From Alphaproteobacteria bacterium (GTDB lineage: Bacteria > Pseudomonadota > Alphaproteobacteria > MPNO01), in contig OZ219866.1 of assembly GCA_964291675.2 (NCBI GenBank), positions 2,752,001 through 2,816,000 on the forward strand: a stretch of 64,000 nt of DNA, read 5' to 3'. Position numbers and translations under genes: made by a program. Within the stretch, counting starts at the first letter, position 1. Each line of letters starts with the position of its first letter. Of this stretch, positions 53,681 to 62,949 are shown piece by piece. Under the pieces are notes generated by a model. The model did not search any database. It saw nothing but the letters and a program-made list of their open reading frames with translations, and was not told the origin of the DNA.

Positions 53681-54385
53681 TCACCCGCCGAGGAAGGAGC
53701 GCCGGACTTCCGGGTTGGCGAGAAGGGCCTCGCCGCTGTCGGTGAAGCGGTTCTTCCCGGTCACCAGCACGAAGCCGCGATCGGCGATGGCGAGCGCCTG
53801 GCGGGCGTTCTGCTCCACCATCAGGATGGCGATGCCGGCGCGGCGTATTTCGAGGATTCGGTCGAACAGCTCGTCCATCACGATCGGCGACACCCCGGCG
53901 GTGGGCTCGTCGAGCATCAGCACGTCCGGCCGGGTCATCAGCGCGCGCCCGATCGCCACCTGCTGGCGCTGGCCGCCGGACAGCTCGCCGGCGAGCTGGC
54001 GACGCTTCTCCCCGAGCACGGGGAACAGGGCGAAGACGCGCTCCATGCTGTCCGAGATGTCGTCGCGGCGCAGGAAGGCGCCCATTTCGAGATTCTCCCC
54101 GACCGAGAGCGTGGCGAATATGTTGCCGGTCTGCGGCACGAAGGCCATGCCCCGCTTCACCCGGTCCTGCGGGGTCAGGCGGTCGATGGGATCGCCGTCG
54201 AGGCGCACCTTTCCCCGGCGCAGCCGCACCATGCCGAACAGCGCCTTCATGGCGGTCGACTTGCCGGCCCCGTTGGGGCCCACGATGACGACGATCTCGC
54301 CCCTTGCGACCGAGACCGAGCAGCCGCGCAGTATGTCGGCTCCGCCATACCCGCCATGCATGTCCTCGCCGGCGAGATAGCTCAT
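53681..54385 (-). CDS. branched-chain amino acid ABC ATPase (LivF)
   Basis: GPNGAGKST, LSGGQRQ, LDEPT, VEQN. Confidence 0.95.
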   Translation of the reverse strand: MSYLAGEDMHGGYGGADILRGCSVSVARGEIVVIVGPNGAGKSTAMKALFGMVRLRRGKVRLDGDPIDRLTPQDRVKRGMAFVPQTGNIFATLSVGENLEMGAFLRRDDISDSMERVFALFPVLGEKRRQLAGELSGGQRQQVAIGRALMTRPDVLMLDEPTAGVSPIVMDELFDRILEIRRAGIAILMVEQNARQALAIADRGFVLVTGKNRFTDSGEALLANPEVRRSFLGG

Positions 54386-55155
54386 GAAGGGGCGCTTCTC
54401 GCGCGGGTGCCGAGATAGGCCTCGATCACCCGCTCGTCCGCCTGCACGTCCGGCGCGGGGCCCTGGGTGAGCACCCTGCCTTCGGTCATCACGATGACCG
54501 GATCGCAGAGCAGCGAGACCAGGTCCATGTCGTGCTCGATCATGCAGAACGTGTAGCCGCGCTCGATATTGAGCCTGAGGATGGCGCCGGCGATCGAGCG
54601 CAGGAGGGTGCGGTTGACGCCCGCGCCGATCTCGTCGAGCAGCACCACCCTGGCGCCGGTCATCATCACCCGGGCGAGCTCGACCAGCTTCTTCTGGCCG
54701 CCCGAGAGCTCGCCGGCCGGCTTGCCGGCGACCTCGCCGAGGTCGAGGAACTCGATCACCTCTTCCGCCCGGCGCCGGATCCGCGCTTCCTCGGCGCGCA
54801 CCCGGCCCGGCCGCAGCCAGGCGCCGGTCAGGCTCTCGCCGGTCTGCCCGCCGACCGACGCCATCAGGTTCTCGATCACCGTCAGCGTGGTGAATTCGTG
54901 CGCGATCTGGAAGGTTCTTGCCAGCCCCCGGTCGAACAGGAGGTGGGGCCGCAACCCGGTGACCTCCTCGTCGGCCAGATAGACCCGCCCGGAGGTCGGC
55001 GGGTACACCCCGGCGATGACGTTGAACAGGGTGGTCTTGCCGGCCCCGTTGGGCCCGATCAGGCCGGTGATCGCGCCCTGCTCGATTTCCAGGCTGGCGC
55101 CGTCGACGGCCCGCACGCCGCCGAAATGCTTGTGCAGGTCGACCACGCGGATCAT
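54382..55155 (-). CDS. branched-chain amino acid ABC ATPase (LivG)
   Basis: GPNGAGKTT, LSGGQKK, IEHDM, VIEAYLG. Confidence 0.95.
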   Translation of the reverse strand: MIRVVDLHKHFGGVRAVDGASLEIEQGAITGLIGPNGAGKTTLFNVIAGVYPPTSGRVYLADEEVTGLRPHLLFDRGLARTFQIAHEFTTLTVIENLMASVGGQTGESLTGAWLRPGRVRAEEARIRRRAEEVIEFLDLGEVAGKPAGELSGGQKKLVELARVMMTGARVVLLDEIGAGVNRTLLRSIAGAILRLNIERGYTFCMIEHDMDLVSLLCDPVIVMTEGRVLTQGPAPDVQADERVIEAYLGTRARSAPS

Positions 55156-55222
55156 GCGGGCGCGCCCGGGGTGGGCGGCCCGGCAAACCCCGCCGGGCCG
55201 CTACCCCCTGATGACTGCCGGG

Positions 55223-56404
55223 TCAGTGGATCTTGACGGTGGCGAACTTGCCGTCCTTGACCTCGTATTCCTTGTAGCTGCCCGATGCGTCGCCGGCGTC
55301 GTTCAGCCCGACATCGGTCGCCCCCTGGTAGTCGATCGCCTTGCCGTCGGCGAGCAGCTTCAGACCCTTGGCCAGCTCGCCCGGACCGATCTGCTCGCCC
55401 GGCGCGTTGGCAACTTCGAGGATCTTGGCCTGGATCGCCGCCCGGTCCATGGAGCCCGCGGCCTGCGCGGCGAGGACGATCAACGCCGCCGCGTCGTAGC
55501 CCTCCGCCGCGAACGGCGACGCGCCTTTGACCCCGCCCTTGTTCGCGGCTTCCTGGAACTTCTTGGCGTTCGGCGAATCCGACCCCGGCGCCGTGGCGAC
55601 GGAACCGTTCAGCGGCTTGCCGATGGCCTTGATCAGGGACTCTCCCACCATACCGTCTGCCAGGAGGAACCGGTCGAACGCCCCGGCGTCGAGCGAGGCC
55701 TGGATGATCCCCTTGCCGCCCTTGTCGACATAGCCGAACACCGCCAGGTGCTCCGCCCCCGACGCGGCCAGCGCGCCGACCTCGGCCGCGTAATCGGCCT
55801 TGCCGTCCTCATGCGCCGCGGACAGGGCGACCTTGCCGCCGACCGCCTTGAAGGCGTTGGAGAACGAGTTCGCCAGACCCTTGCCGTAGTCGTTGTTGGT
55901 GTAGGTCACGGCGATCTCCTTGATGCCGCGCGCCTTCGCGACCTGGGCCAGCACCTCTCCCTGGCGCGCGTCCGACGGCGCGGTGCGGAAGAGATACCCC
56001 TTGTCCTTGAGCGTGGTGATCGCCGGCGAGGTGGCCGAGGGCGAGACCATGACCACCCCGTTGGGCACGCCCACGTTGTTGGCCACCGCGATGGTGACGC
56101 CCGAGCAGTCCGCGCCCATGATCGCCGCCACCCCGTCGGAATTGATCAGGCGCTCGGCCGCCGCCTGCGCCGCCGCGGCATCGACGCAGGTCGAATCGCC
56201 GCGCACCGGGACCACCTTCTTGCCGCCGAGGAACAAGCCAGAATCGCTCGCTTCCTTCATCGCGAGTTCCGCCGAGGCCGCGATGTTGGGGGTGAGCGAC
56301 TCGATCGGCCCGGTAAAGCCCATCAGCACGCCGACCTTCATGTCCGCATGCGCCGCCGACGCCACCAGCGCCGCCGCCGCGGATGCCAGGAGCAAACGTC
56401 TCAT
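55223..56404 (-). CDS. branched-chain amino acid ABC substrate-binding protein
   Basis: Signal peptide, GADCSGVT, SPSATSP, FRTAPSD, NNDYG. Confidence 0.93.
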   Translation of the reverse strand: MRRLLLASAAAALVASAAHADMKVGVLMGFTGPIESLTPNIAASAELAMKEASDSGLFLGGKKVVPVRGDSTCVDAAAAQAAAERLINSDGVAAIMGADCSGVTIAVANNVGVPNGVVMVSPSATSPAITTLKDKGYLFRTAPSDARQGEVLAQVAKARGIKEIAVTYTNNDYGKGLANSFSNAFKAVGGKVALSAAHEDGKADYAAEVGALAASGAEHLAVFGYVDKGGKGIIQASLDAGAFDRFLLADGMVGESLIKAIGKPLNGSVATAPGSDSPNAKKFQEAANKGGVKGASPFAAEGYDAAALIVLAAQAAGSMDRAAIQAKILEVANAPGEQIGPGELAKGLKLLADGKAIDYQGATDVGLNDAGDASGSYKEYEVKDGKFATVKIH

Positions 56405-56534
56405 TTCCGATCTCCTTGCCAAAGTGTCGAACCAATCGCCGATGCCCTGTCGGCCGGTGCCAATAGCCGGCCGGCATCGTCAAGAGGGCACATAATGCCA
56501 CGGATTCGATGGCAAGGCGCACTCCTTCGTCACC

Positions 56535-56622
56535 TCACGTCACGACGAAGGTGCCGTGCAGCGCTTCGGCCGGGGTGGGCGGCAATCCCTGCCAGAGCGG
56601 GCCGTCGGAGAGGCCGGCGGCT
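56535..56622 (-). pseudogene. degenerate copy of the 3' end of the carotenoid oxygenase gene (58694-about 58785)
   Basis: Encodes LSDGPLWQG...ALHGTFVVT* versus IADGPLWQG...ALHGMFAAA* in the intact gene. Stop is in the same register; small indels between the two motifs. Confidence 0.8.
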
Positions 56623-56737
56623 TGGGACCCAGACGCCGAACAGCGGCACTTTGGGTGGATGGCCTCGGTTTCCAGAGATCATGACGGTGAACGGCAGACA
56701 CGCCCACCGGCGTCCGCGTTCCGTCGGGCACCGGTCT

Positions 56738-57346
56738 CTAGTTCGACGCCTTTTCTCGCAATGTGTCGACCAAGCGCTTCGCGTGCGGAGAAGCGTCCAA
56801 TACATTGCCGGAAGCGACTTGGGCCAAAATGCCGTAGGAGTGATTGCCCTTGTGGTACTCGCCTCTCTTCGACCGACGGGTCGCGTCCCGCAGCCCGCGA
56901 AGCACGTCGGCCTTGGCGACGTTCTCGACTTCCCGGCTGCCTGGGAGCGCATTGCGACTGAAGCCGGGACCAAAATAGGTCTCCAAACCGTCTCTGTCGG
57001 CCAGAAACCAAGCCTCCATGCACTGAACCATCAAGTGCGCATTCTCGTCCGCGGCCCCCGGCGGACGTGTCCACTTGTCTCGCGCCTCCAAGTGACGCCA
57101 GGACCCCGAATCGCCCTGAAGCGGGGCTTCGCTGTCGACCAGCAGCACTATGAACGCCTCGTCGCTGGCTGAACCCAATGCGGTGCGAAACTTGTCGAAC
57201 GCGGTGTGTCTGCTACCGCAGGCGACGATTCGTGGCATCCGTCCGGCCAAATTCGCCTTCTCGAAGAACGACGCGAATCCCTCGCGGCATCTCGTTCGCA
57301 AGTCTCGCGTGGTGCCGCCTCCCTCGACATAGACCTTGACGTTCAC
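56738..57346 (-). CDS. DUF4276-family (TOPRIM-like) protein
   Basis: VYVEGGG, LLVDSE, QCMEAWFLAD, YHKG; GTGA overlap with the ATPase. Confidence 0.8.
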   Translation of the reverse strand: MNVKVYVEGGGTTRDLRTRCREGFASFFEKANLAGRMPRIVACGSRHTAFDKFRTALGSASDEAFIVLLVDSEAPLQGDSGSWRHLEARDKWTRPPGAADENAHLMVQCMEAWFLADRDGLETYFGPGFSRNALPGSREVENVAKADVLRGLRDATRRSKRGEYHKGNHSYGILAQVASGNVLDASPHAKRLVDTLREKASN

Positions 57347-58533
57347 CACCGATTCCCTCCGAGCTCTCCAGAGGTCCACAGCTCGCCAAGCCGATACTTC
57401 TGAAGCCACCCAGAGAGCGTGTCTTTATCAGGGCGCTTCAGCGTCGTGTGCCCGCTCTCCTTCTCGCAGACCACTATGCTCTCCGATGTATCCGTCAACG
57501 CGTCCACCAAGGTGTCCGAGTGAGTAGTGACAATGAGCTGGCTCCGCTCGGAAGCGTCACGCAGCAAGTCGGCGAGGCCGGGAAGAATGTCGGGATGAAG
57601 ACCGAGCTCCGGTTCCTCAAGACAGACCACCGGCGGCGGAGCCGGGTGGCACAAGATGGCGAGCAGGCAAAGGTAGCGGAGCGTGCCGTCCGACAGCCTC
57701 GTGGCGGGAATGGTGATATTGCGTTCCTGGAGAAACACCTGTACGGAACCCGCCTCGACCCTTACGTCGAAATCGTCTATTCCCTCATAGAGCCGCCGCA
57801 ATGCAGCGAGAAACCTGTTCTTTGCCTTGGGATCTCCCCTCAAGCGGTTCAACACCATCCCCAAATTGTGTCCGTCTTCCGCCAAAGTGTGGTTCGGGAG
57901 ATCGGCCTTCTGCGGCAATCTGGGCGCTGTGTTACGTCCGAAGGTCCACTCCCTGTACAGATGTATCCTCCCCAAATCCATTCCAAGGATGGTGAGTTCA
58001 GGATACTGCACCGGGTCCTTCAGCTGCGACAAAATCGATTGATCGTTCTTGACATCCGTCGGGGCGAGTTGGCGCTGTTTCCGTCCGCCATTCTCGTCCC
58101 GATAGTTCAAACGAATTGCGCTGCTGTCGCGGGAAAGATACCACTGTCTGCCGGTGTCTGCCTGTTCAGCTTGTTCGACCTCCGCGATTTCTTCAGTCAG
58201 ATTGGGCGCTCCGAAGAAAAACGGTCCAAAGGAAAGACTGTAGCGAATCGGCGGTCTGTCGGGGCGGAACAGGGGCTGGTCTACGACAACCTCCACTCGC
58301 GCCGTTGAATTATGCCGTTCGCCGCGCCAGATCCAATTGTCGCTCCCGCCTCCTTCGCGTATCGGTGCAACCAGATCGGTCGGCGCGGCCTTGAGCAGGC
58401 CGAACACTTCGAGGAAATTTGACTTGCCGGAGCCGTTGGGGCCAATCAATACGTTGAGCGGCTTCAGCTCCACTTCCTGGGCGTCGGGGCCGAAGGAAAG
58501 TATGTTCTCGATCTTGATACTGTGCATGAACAT
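57343..58533 (-). CDS. AAA_21/SMC-like ABC ATPase
   Basis: IGPNGSGKSN, LSDGT, LEEPELGLHP, TTHS; lower GC than flanks. Confidence 0.9.
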   Translation of the reverse strand: MFMHSIKIENILSFGPDAQEVELKPLNVLIGPNGSGKSNFLEVFGLLKAAPTDLVAPIREGGGSDNWIWRGERHNSTARVEVVVDQPLFRPDRPPIRYSLSFGPFFFGAPNLTEEIAEVEQAEQADTGRQWYLSRDSSAIRLNYRDENGGRKQRQLAPTDVKNDQSILSQLKDPVQYPELTILGMDLGRIHLYREWTFGRNTAPRLPQKADLPNHTLAEDGHNLGMVLNRLRGDPKAKNRFLAALRRLYEGIDDFDVRVEAGSVQVFLQERNITIPATRLSDGTLRYLCLLAILCHPAPPPVVCLEEPELGLHPDILPGLADLLRDASERSQLIVTTHSDTLVDALTDTSESIVVCEKESGHTTLKRPDKDTLSGWLQKYRLGELWTSGELGGNRW

Positions 58534-58693
58534 CTCGTGGGTCCCGGTCGTGTAGATCGCACGAGGAAGATCAGGTTGGCGCCACGCCTGCCGCGACCAA
58601 CGATAACTTGCCGCCGTTCGAACCACCAGCCGTTGCACGCATGGCGGTGACCGCGAAGCTCGGGCGAGCCGTTCTCCTCCGACGCCGCCCCGT

Positions 58694-60190
58694 TCAGGCC
58701 GCCGCGAACATGCCGTGCAGCGCCATCGGCAGCGGGTAGGGAAGAATGCCCTGCCACAGCGGCCCGTCGGCGATGCGTCCGGCCTCGAACAGGTTGAGCC
58801 CGGCGGCCTGGCGGCGGGTGTCGATATAGGGACCGATCAGCCAGCCCTCGCCCTCGTCCGGGCCGCGCGCGACGAATACGTGCTCCTCCGGGATCTGGTG
58901 CCGCGGATAGGTCCAGGCGTCCACCGCGCCGCCTTCCGGATCGAGGCTGGCCGCCGCGCGCAGCGGCCAGCCGCCGACAGCGCCGTCGCCGGTGAGCGCG
59001 AACAGCCTGCGGTGCCGCCGAGCCGTGTATCGTCCGTCGATGCGCGGGAACTCGGCAACCCCCGGAGCCCCGTCCTCGATCCCGGCGCCGCCGTCCGGGC
59101 GCAGCACGGCGACGCGGTACCGGGGATGGGCCGACCGGAAGTCCAGGGCGCCCCGCATGACGGCGCGCAGATCGCCGGTCACGAAGCCGGGGTCGGGCGC
59201 CTGGCACAGATCCAGCCGGATCGTGCCGTCGGCCTCTTCCCAGCCATTGCCGTGGTGGAAGTGGAAGCCGGGCGGCAGCTCGTGGCGCCGGACGGGTTGC
59301 AGCGTGTCCTTGTCGACCGCCACGACGCGGGTGCCGAGCCCGGGCCGCCAGGCATGGGCGTCGAGGAACGTGGCGTGGCTCGACGCCCCGTCGATCACGA
59401 ACGGGGTCAGCAGCACGACCAGATGGCGCGCCGTCACCACGAAGTCGTGCGCCATGCCCAGCGGTCCCGTGTCGGGCAGGAGATTGGCCGCGACCCGCCG
59501 CCCGCTGCGGTCGATCCGGTAGAGCAGCAGGGCCGGGCGCGGCCGGGTCGCGAAGCCGATATTCCACAGCGTCCCGTCGGGCTCGACCTTGGGGTGGGCG
59601 GAGAACGGCAGGCCGGCGAGATCCGGGCGCCAGGCGACGAAATCTCCGGCGGCGAGGGTGTCCGGGTCGACCGCGAGCGCCGAGCCGCCCTCCCACAGGG
59701 CCATCAGCCGCTCGGCATGGGCGAGCATGGCGGTGTTGGCGACGTTCATGTCGTCCGGGCCGCGCAGCGCCGCCGGCCCCGGGGTTCCGAACCCCGGCAG
59801 GATACGCTTGCCCGCGCGGGTCTCGCGGCGCCGCTTGGGGGTGTCGAGAATGCGCGCGCGGTGGTTGACGCGTCCGTCCGCGAAGGCGAACGCCTGGACC
59901 ATCCCGTCGCCGTCGAACCAGTGGGCGTAGCGCCGGCCGAAGCGTTCGTGCTCGGCCGGGCCGTTGCGCCACAGCACGCCGGCGAGACCGGCGGGAAGCC
60001 GCCCGCTCAGCGTTTCGACCGGCGCGGCGAAGCTCTCCGCCCGCGCGGTCGCGAAGGCGACCAGCCGGGGGTCGCGGGCGATCGCCGCGGCGAAATCCTC
60101 CCGGGGGCCGGCGGCGGCGCCCGCCGCCATGAGCGCCGGCAGCCCGGCGAGCGTGCGGAGCGCCGCGCGGCGCGACAGCTCGGCCTTCAT
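58694..60190 (-). CDS. carotenoid/lignostilbene cleavage dioxygenase family protein with Tat-like signal
   Basis: SRRAAL twin-Arg leader; RNGP, HWFDGDG; four Fe-His motifs (SAHPK, AHDF, FHH, LHG); EFPRID. Confidence 0.93.
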   Translation of the reverse strand: MKAELSRRAALRTLAGLPALMAAGAAAGPREDFAAAIARDPRLVAFATARAESFAAPVETLSGRLPAGLAGVLWRNGPAEHERFGRRYAHWFDGDGMVQAFAFADGRVNHRARILDTPKRRRETRAGKRILPGFGTPGPAALRGPDDMNVANTAMLAHAERLMALWEGGSALAVDPDTLAAGDFVAWRPDLAGLPFSAHPKVEPDGTLWNIGFATRPRPALLLYRIDRSGRRVAANLLPDTGPLGMAHDFVVTARHLVVLLTPFVIDGASSHATFLDAHAWRPGLGTRVVAVDKDTLQPVRRHELPPGFHFHHGNGWEEADGTIRLDLCQAPDPGFVTGDLRAVMRGALDFRSAHPRYRVAVLRPDGGAGIEDGAPGVAEFPRIDGRYTARRHRRLFALTGDGAVGGWPLRAAASLDPEGGAVDAWTYPRHQIPEEHVFVARGPDEGEGWLIGPYIDTRRQAAGLNLFEAGRIADGPLWQGILPYPLPMALHGMFAAA

Positions 60191-60194
60191 CCCC

Positions 60195-60650
60195 TCAGCT
60201 CCCCGGATAGGCGATGCTGACGGCGACGGAAACGCGCCCGTCATCCGGGCCCACGGTCACCGCCGCCTCGTCGAAGCCCGGCGGGCCCATGAACCCCGTG
60301 GCGCCGTTGGAAAACCCGAACCCCTCGGTGGGAAGTCCGACCATGTTCTGGCCCAGCTTGCCGTCGCCGTCGGCATCGTGGAACGCCGCGACCGCGTAGT
60401 CGCCCGGCGCGAGGTCGGCGAAGACGAAGCGGAGCGCGCCGGTGCCGGCCGTGCGCCAGGCAGCCGCGACGACGCCACCCTCCGGGAAAGCGGCGCCCGG
60501 GACGCGCTTGTGGACGGCAACCCGGGCCTGGCCCTGCGCCGAGCGCAGGCCGTCGACCACGACCTCCAGATCGGCGGCCACGGCGGTCGACGAAACGAGG
60601 AGCGCGGCCGCTGCGGTGCGGCAAATTCCGAGAGTTCTTGAAATCGTCAT
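60195..60650 (-). CDS. DUF2141 family exported protein
   Basis: Signal peptide, PGDYAVAAFHDADGDGKL...GLPTEGFGFSN. Confidence 0.9.
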   Translation of the reverse strand: MTISRTLGICRTAAAALLVSSTAVAADLEVVVDGLRSAQGQARVAVHKRVPGAAFPEGGVVAAAWRTAGTGALRFVFADLAPGDYAVAAFHDADGDGKLGQNMVGLPTEGFGFSNGATGFMGPPGFDEAAVTVGPDDGRVSVAVSIAYPGS

Positions 60651-60754
60651 CGTGTCTTTCCTCCTGGCTGTTCGACGCTGACATCGGCAGTGTTGATCGA
60701 GGCCGGGAGGCGGGTCATTGTCGGTTGCGCGGATGCACCGGACTATTTCGCCAG

Positions 60755-61549
60755 TTGCAGGATTTGTCGTTCACGCTTCGTGAATTGCTCGGCCCCCGGT
60801 CTCTGGCCGTCCAGGGGGCGGTGCTCGCCTGCCTGATCGCGCTGTTCGCGTTCATCGGCCCGTTCGGCACCTACGATTCGATCGGCGCCGCGGGACGCCT
60901 CGGCTACTGGGCGCTGGCGCTCGGCGCCAACTGGCTGGTCTGCGCCAGCATCGTGATCCTGACGCTGCGCCTCGCCGCTTCCGCCTCGCGGCGGGGCCGC
61001 GCGCTGGCGATGGCGGGCGCCGCCCTGGTGGCGGCGGTTCCCGGCACCGCCGTCGTCTTCAGCGCCGAAACCCTGTTCAGGCCGGGCTACGAGGGCGGCA
61101 GCGCGCTCGGGACGATCTATCTCGGCGTGGCCGTGCTGATGATGGCGATCAGCTTCCTCGTGGTCGGTGTGCTGGCGCGCGTTCGAACGGCGGTCGCGGA
61201 GGGCGAACCGCCGAGCCCGGGCGACGGCGGGAGCAAGACCGTGCGTTTCCTCGACCGCCTGCCGCCCGAGCTCGGCCGCGATCTGGTGTATCTCCGGATG
61301 GCGGACCACTATGTCGAGGCGTTCACCGCCGCCGGCTCGACGCTGGTGCTGATGCGTTTCGCCGATGCGGTGGCGGAGCTGGAGGGTGCCGGCGGGCTGC
61401 GCGTCCACCGGTCTTACTGGGTCTCCCGGCGTCACGTGACCGGGGCGACGCGCCGCAACGGCCGCACGGTATTGAACCTTACCGGCGGTCACGAGGCCCC
61501 GGTCAGCCGGGGCTACCTCGCGGCGGTCCGTGCCGCCGGGCTGGCGTGA
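60755..61549 (+). CDS. membrane-bound LytTR-family regulator
   Basis: Four TM segments with GPFGTY; C-terminal ADHYV...RVHRSYWV...PVSRGY. Start uncertain (TTG). Confidence 0.88.
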   Translation: MQDLSFTLRELLGPRSLAVQGAVLACLIALFAFIGPFGTYDSIGAAGRLGYWALALGANWLVCASIVILTLRLAASASRRGRALAMAGAALVAAVPGTAVVFSAETLFRPGYEGGSALGTIYLGVAVLMMAISFLVVGVLARVRTAVAEGEPPSPGDGGSKTVRFLDRLPPELGRDLVYLRMADHYVEAFTAAGSTLVLMRFADAVAELEGAGGLRVHRSYWVSRRHVTGATRRNGRTVLNLTGGHEAPVSRGYLAAVRAAGLA

Positions 61550-61676
61550 ACGCGGCGGTGGAATCGCCCGTTCGCGACGTTCGCCCGCCTTTGTGCTAGT
61601 AAACTCTTCAATTCCGGTATCTGATCTGGCTGAGTTGAAGAATCGTGGACTGGCCACAATCTCCAACTTCGAAACC

Positions 61677-62846
61677 ATGAAGATCCCAGCCGCCTACACG
61701 GACGGGTACGCCAGGGGCCGGCAGGCCGATCCGGAGCGTTCGGCGAACTACCTGGCGCACACCACGATGGGCGACCCGCTCGCCGACGCGATGATCGCCG
61801 AGCTCGAACCGCTCGGACCGGACGAATCGGCCATGCTGATCGAGCTCGGCATGCACGATCGCGAAGGCGACGCGTTGCGCGACGCGCCGGCATCGGTCAG
61901 GGAGTTCTTCGCGCATTGCGCCGAACCGCCGGACTGGCTCGACTTGCCCTCGTTCCTGCCCGGCTGCCGCATGTTCCACCGGAACACGCGGCTGGTGCTC
62001 GCCGGCATGGTGGGCGGCGTTCTGGTCGAGGGGTTTTCCACCAACATCGCCAAGTCGTTTTTTCTGACCGGGCGGCTGCGCGACCAGGGCGTGCGGCGGC
62101 TGAAGCAGAACAACCGCCACATGCTGGAGATTTTCATGCCCGGCGGCATGGAGGCGCATGCCGACGGGTGGACGCATTCCGTCCGGGTCAGGCTGGTGCA
62201 TGCGAAGATCCGGCAGCTCCTCGGCAGGTCCGAAGAATGGGACGCCGAGGAGCTGGGCACGCCGATCAGCTCCGCAAATCTGGGATTCGCCATCGCCGCC
62301 TTTTCGGCCAGGCTGCTGAAGCACCTGAAAAGCCTCGGGGCGACCTTCAGCGAGGAGGAGCGCAGGAGCTTCATGGCGGTGTGGCGGTATTCCGGCTATC
62401 TGATGGGCATTCCCGAGACCATCCTGTACCGGGACGAAGAGGACGCGCTCGAATTGTTCCGGATCGGCCGTCTGTGCGAGCCGCCGCCGTCGATGGAATC
62501 GGTCGTGCTCTCGTCTTCGCTGATCAACTCCGCGCCGCTCTTCGCAGGGCTGGACGACAGGGACGAGCGCCAGAAGCTCGCCGGCTACATCGGACAGATT
62601 TCGCGCGCCCTGATCGGCGACCGGCTCGCCGACGAGCTCATGTATCCCGAAGCCCCGACACGGGGAATCCTGTGGAAATTCCGGACGCTGAACCGGATCG
62701 AGCGGATGATGGAAAAGCTGAGGCGGAGCCCGTCCCGCCAAATGGCGAATCTCACCACCATTCTCGACGTCTCCATGTTCGACAAGCAGGGAATCAGCTA
62801 CAGATTGCCCGACCACGTCTACGCGGAGCGGTCCTCCCAGTGGTAG
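61677..62846 (+). CDS. MpaB/Lcp-like (DUF2236) heme oxygenase family protein
   Basis: GDPLADA, VRVRLVHAKIR, GTPIS, WRYSGYLMGIP. Confidence 0.85.
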   Translation: MKIPAAYTDGYARGRQADPERSANYLAHTTMGDPLADAMIAELEPLGPDESAMLIELGMHDREGDALRDAPASVREFFAHCAEPPDWLDLPSFLPGCRMFHRNTRLVLAGMVGGVLVEGFSTNIAKSFFLTGRLRDQGVRRLKQNNRHMLEIFMPGGMEAHADGWTHSVRVRLVHAKIRQLLGRSEEWDAEELGTPISSANLGFAIAAFSARLLKHLKSLGATFSEEERRSFMAVWRYSGYLMGIPETILYRDEEDALELFRIGRLCEPPPSMESVVLSSSLINSAPLFAGLDDRDERQKLAGYIGQISRALIGDRLADELMYPEAPTRGILWKFRTLNRIERMMEKLRRSPSRQMANLTTILDVSMFDKQGISYRLPDHVYAERSSQW

Positions 62847-62949
62847 GAATTGCGCGGCCGAGCCAGCCTGTCTGTCCCCTGCCGATCCCCACGCCCCGAC
62901 GGAGCCGGCGCAAACCATGCCGACACCCCCACCCGATGCGAGGGCTGCG

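Noticed and set aside
61594-61645. Hairpin (TCTTCAATTC...GAGTTGAAGA) upstream of the MpaB-like gene as an ncRNA
   Set aside because: A single 10-bp stem with no further support.
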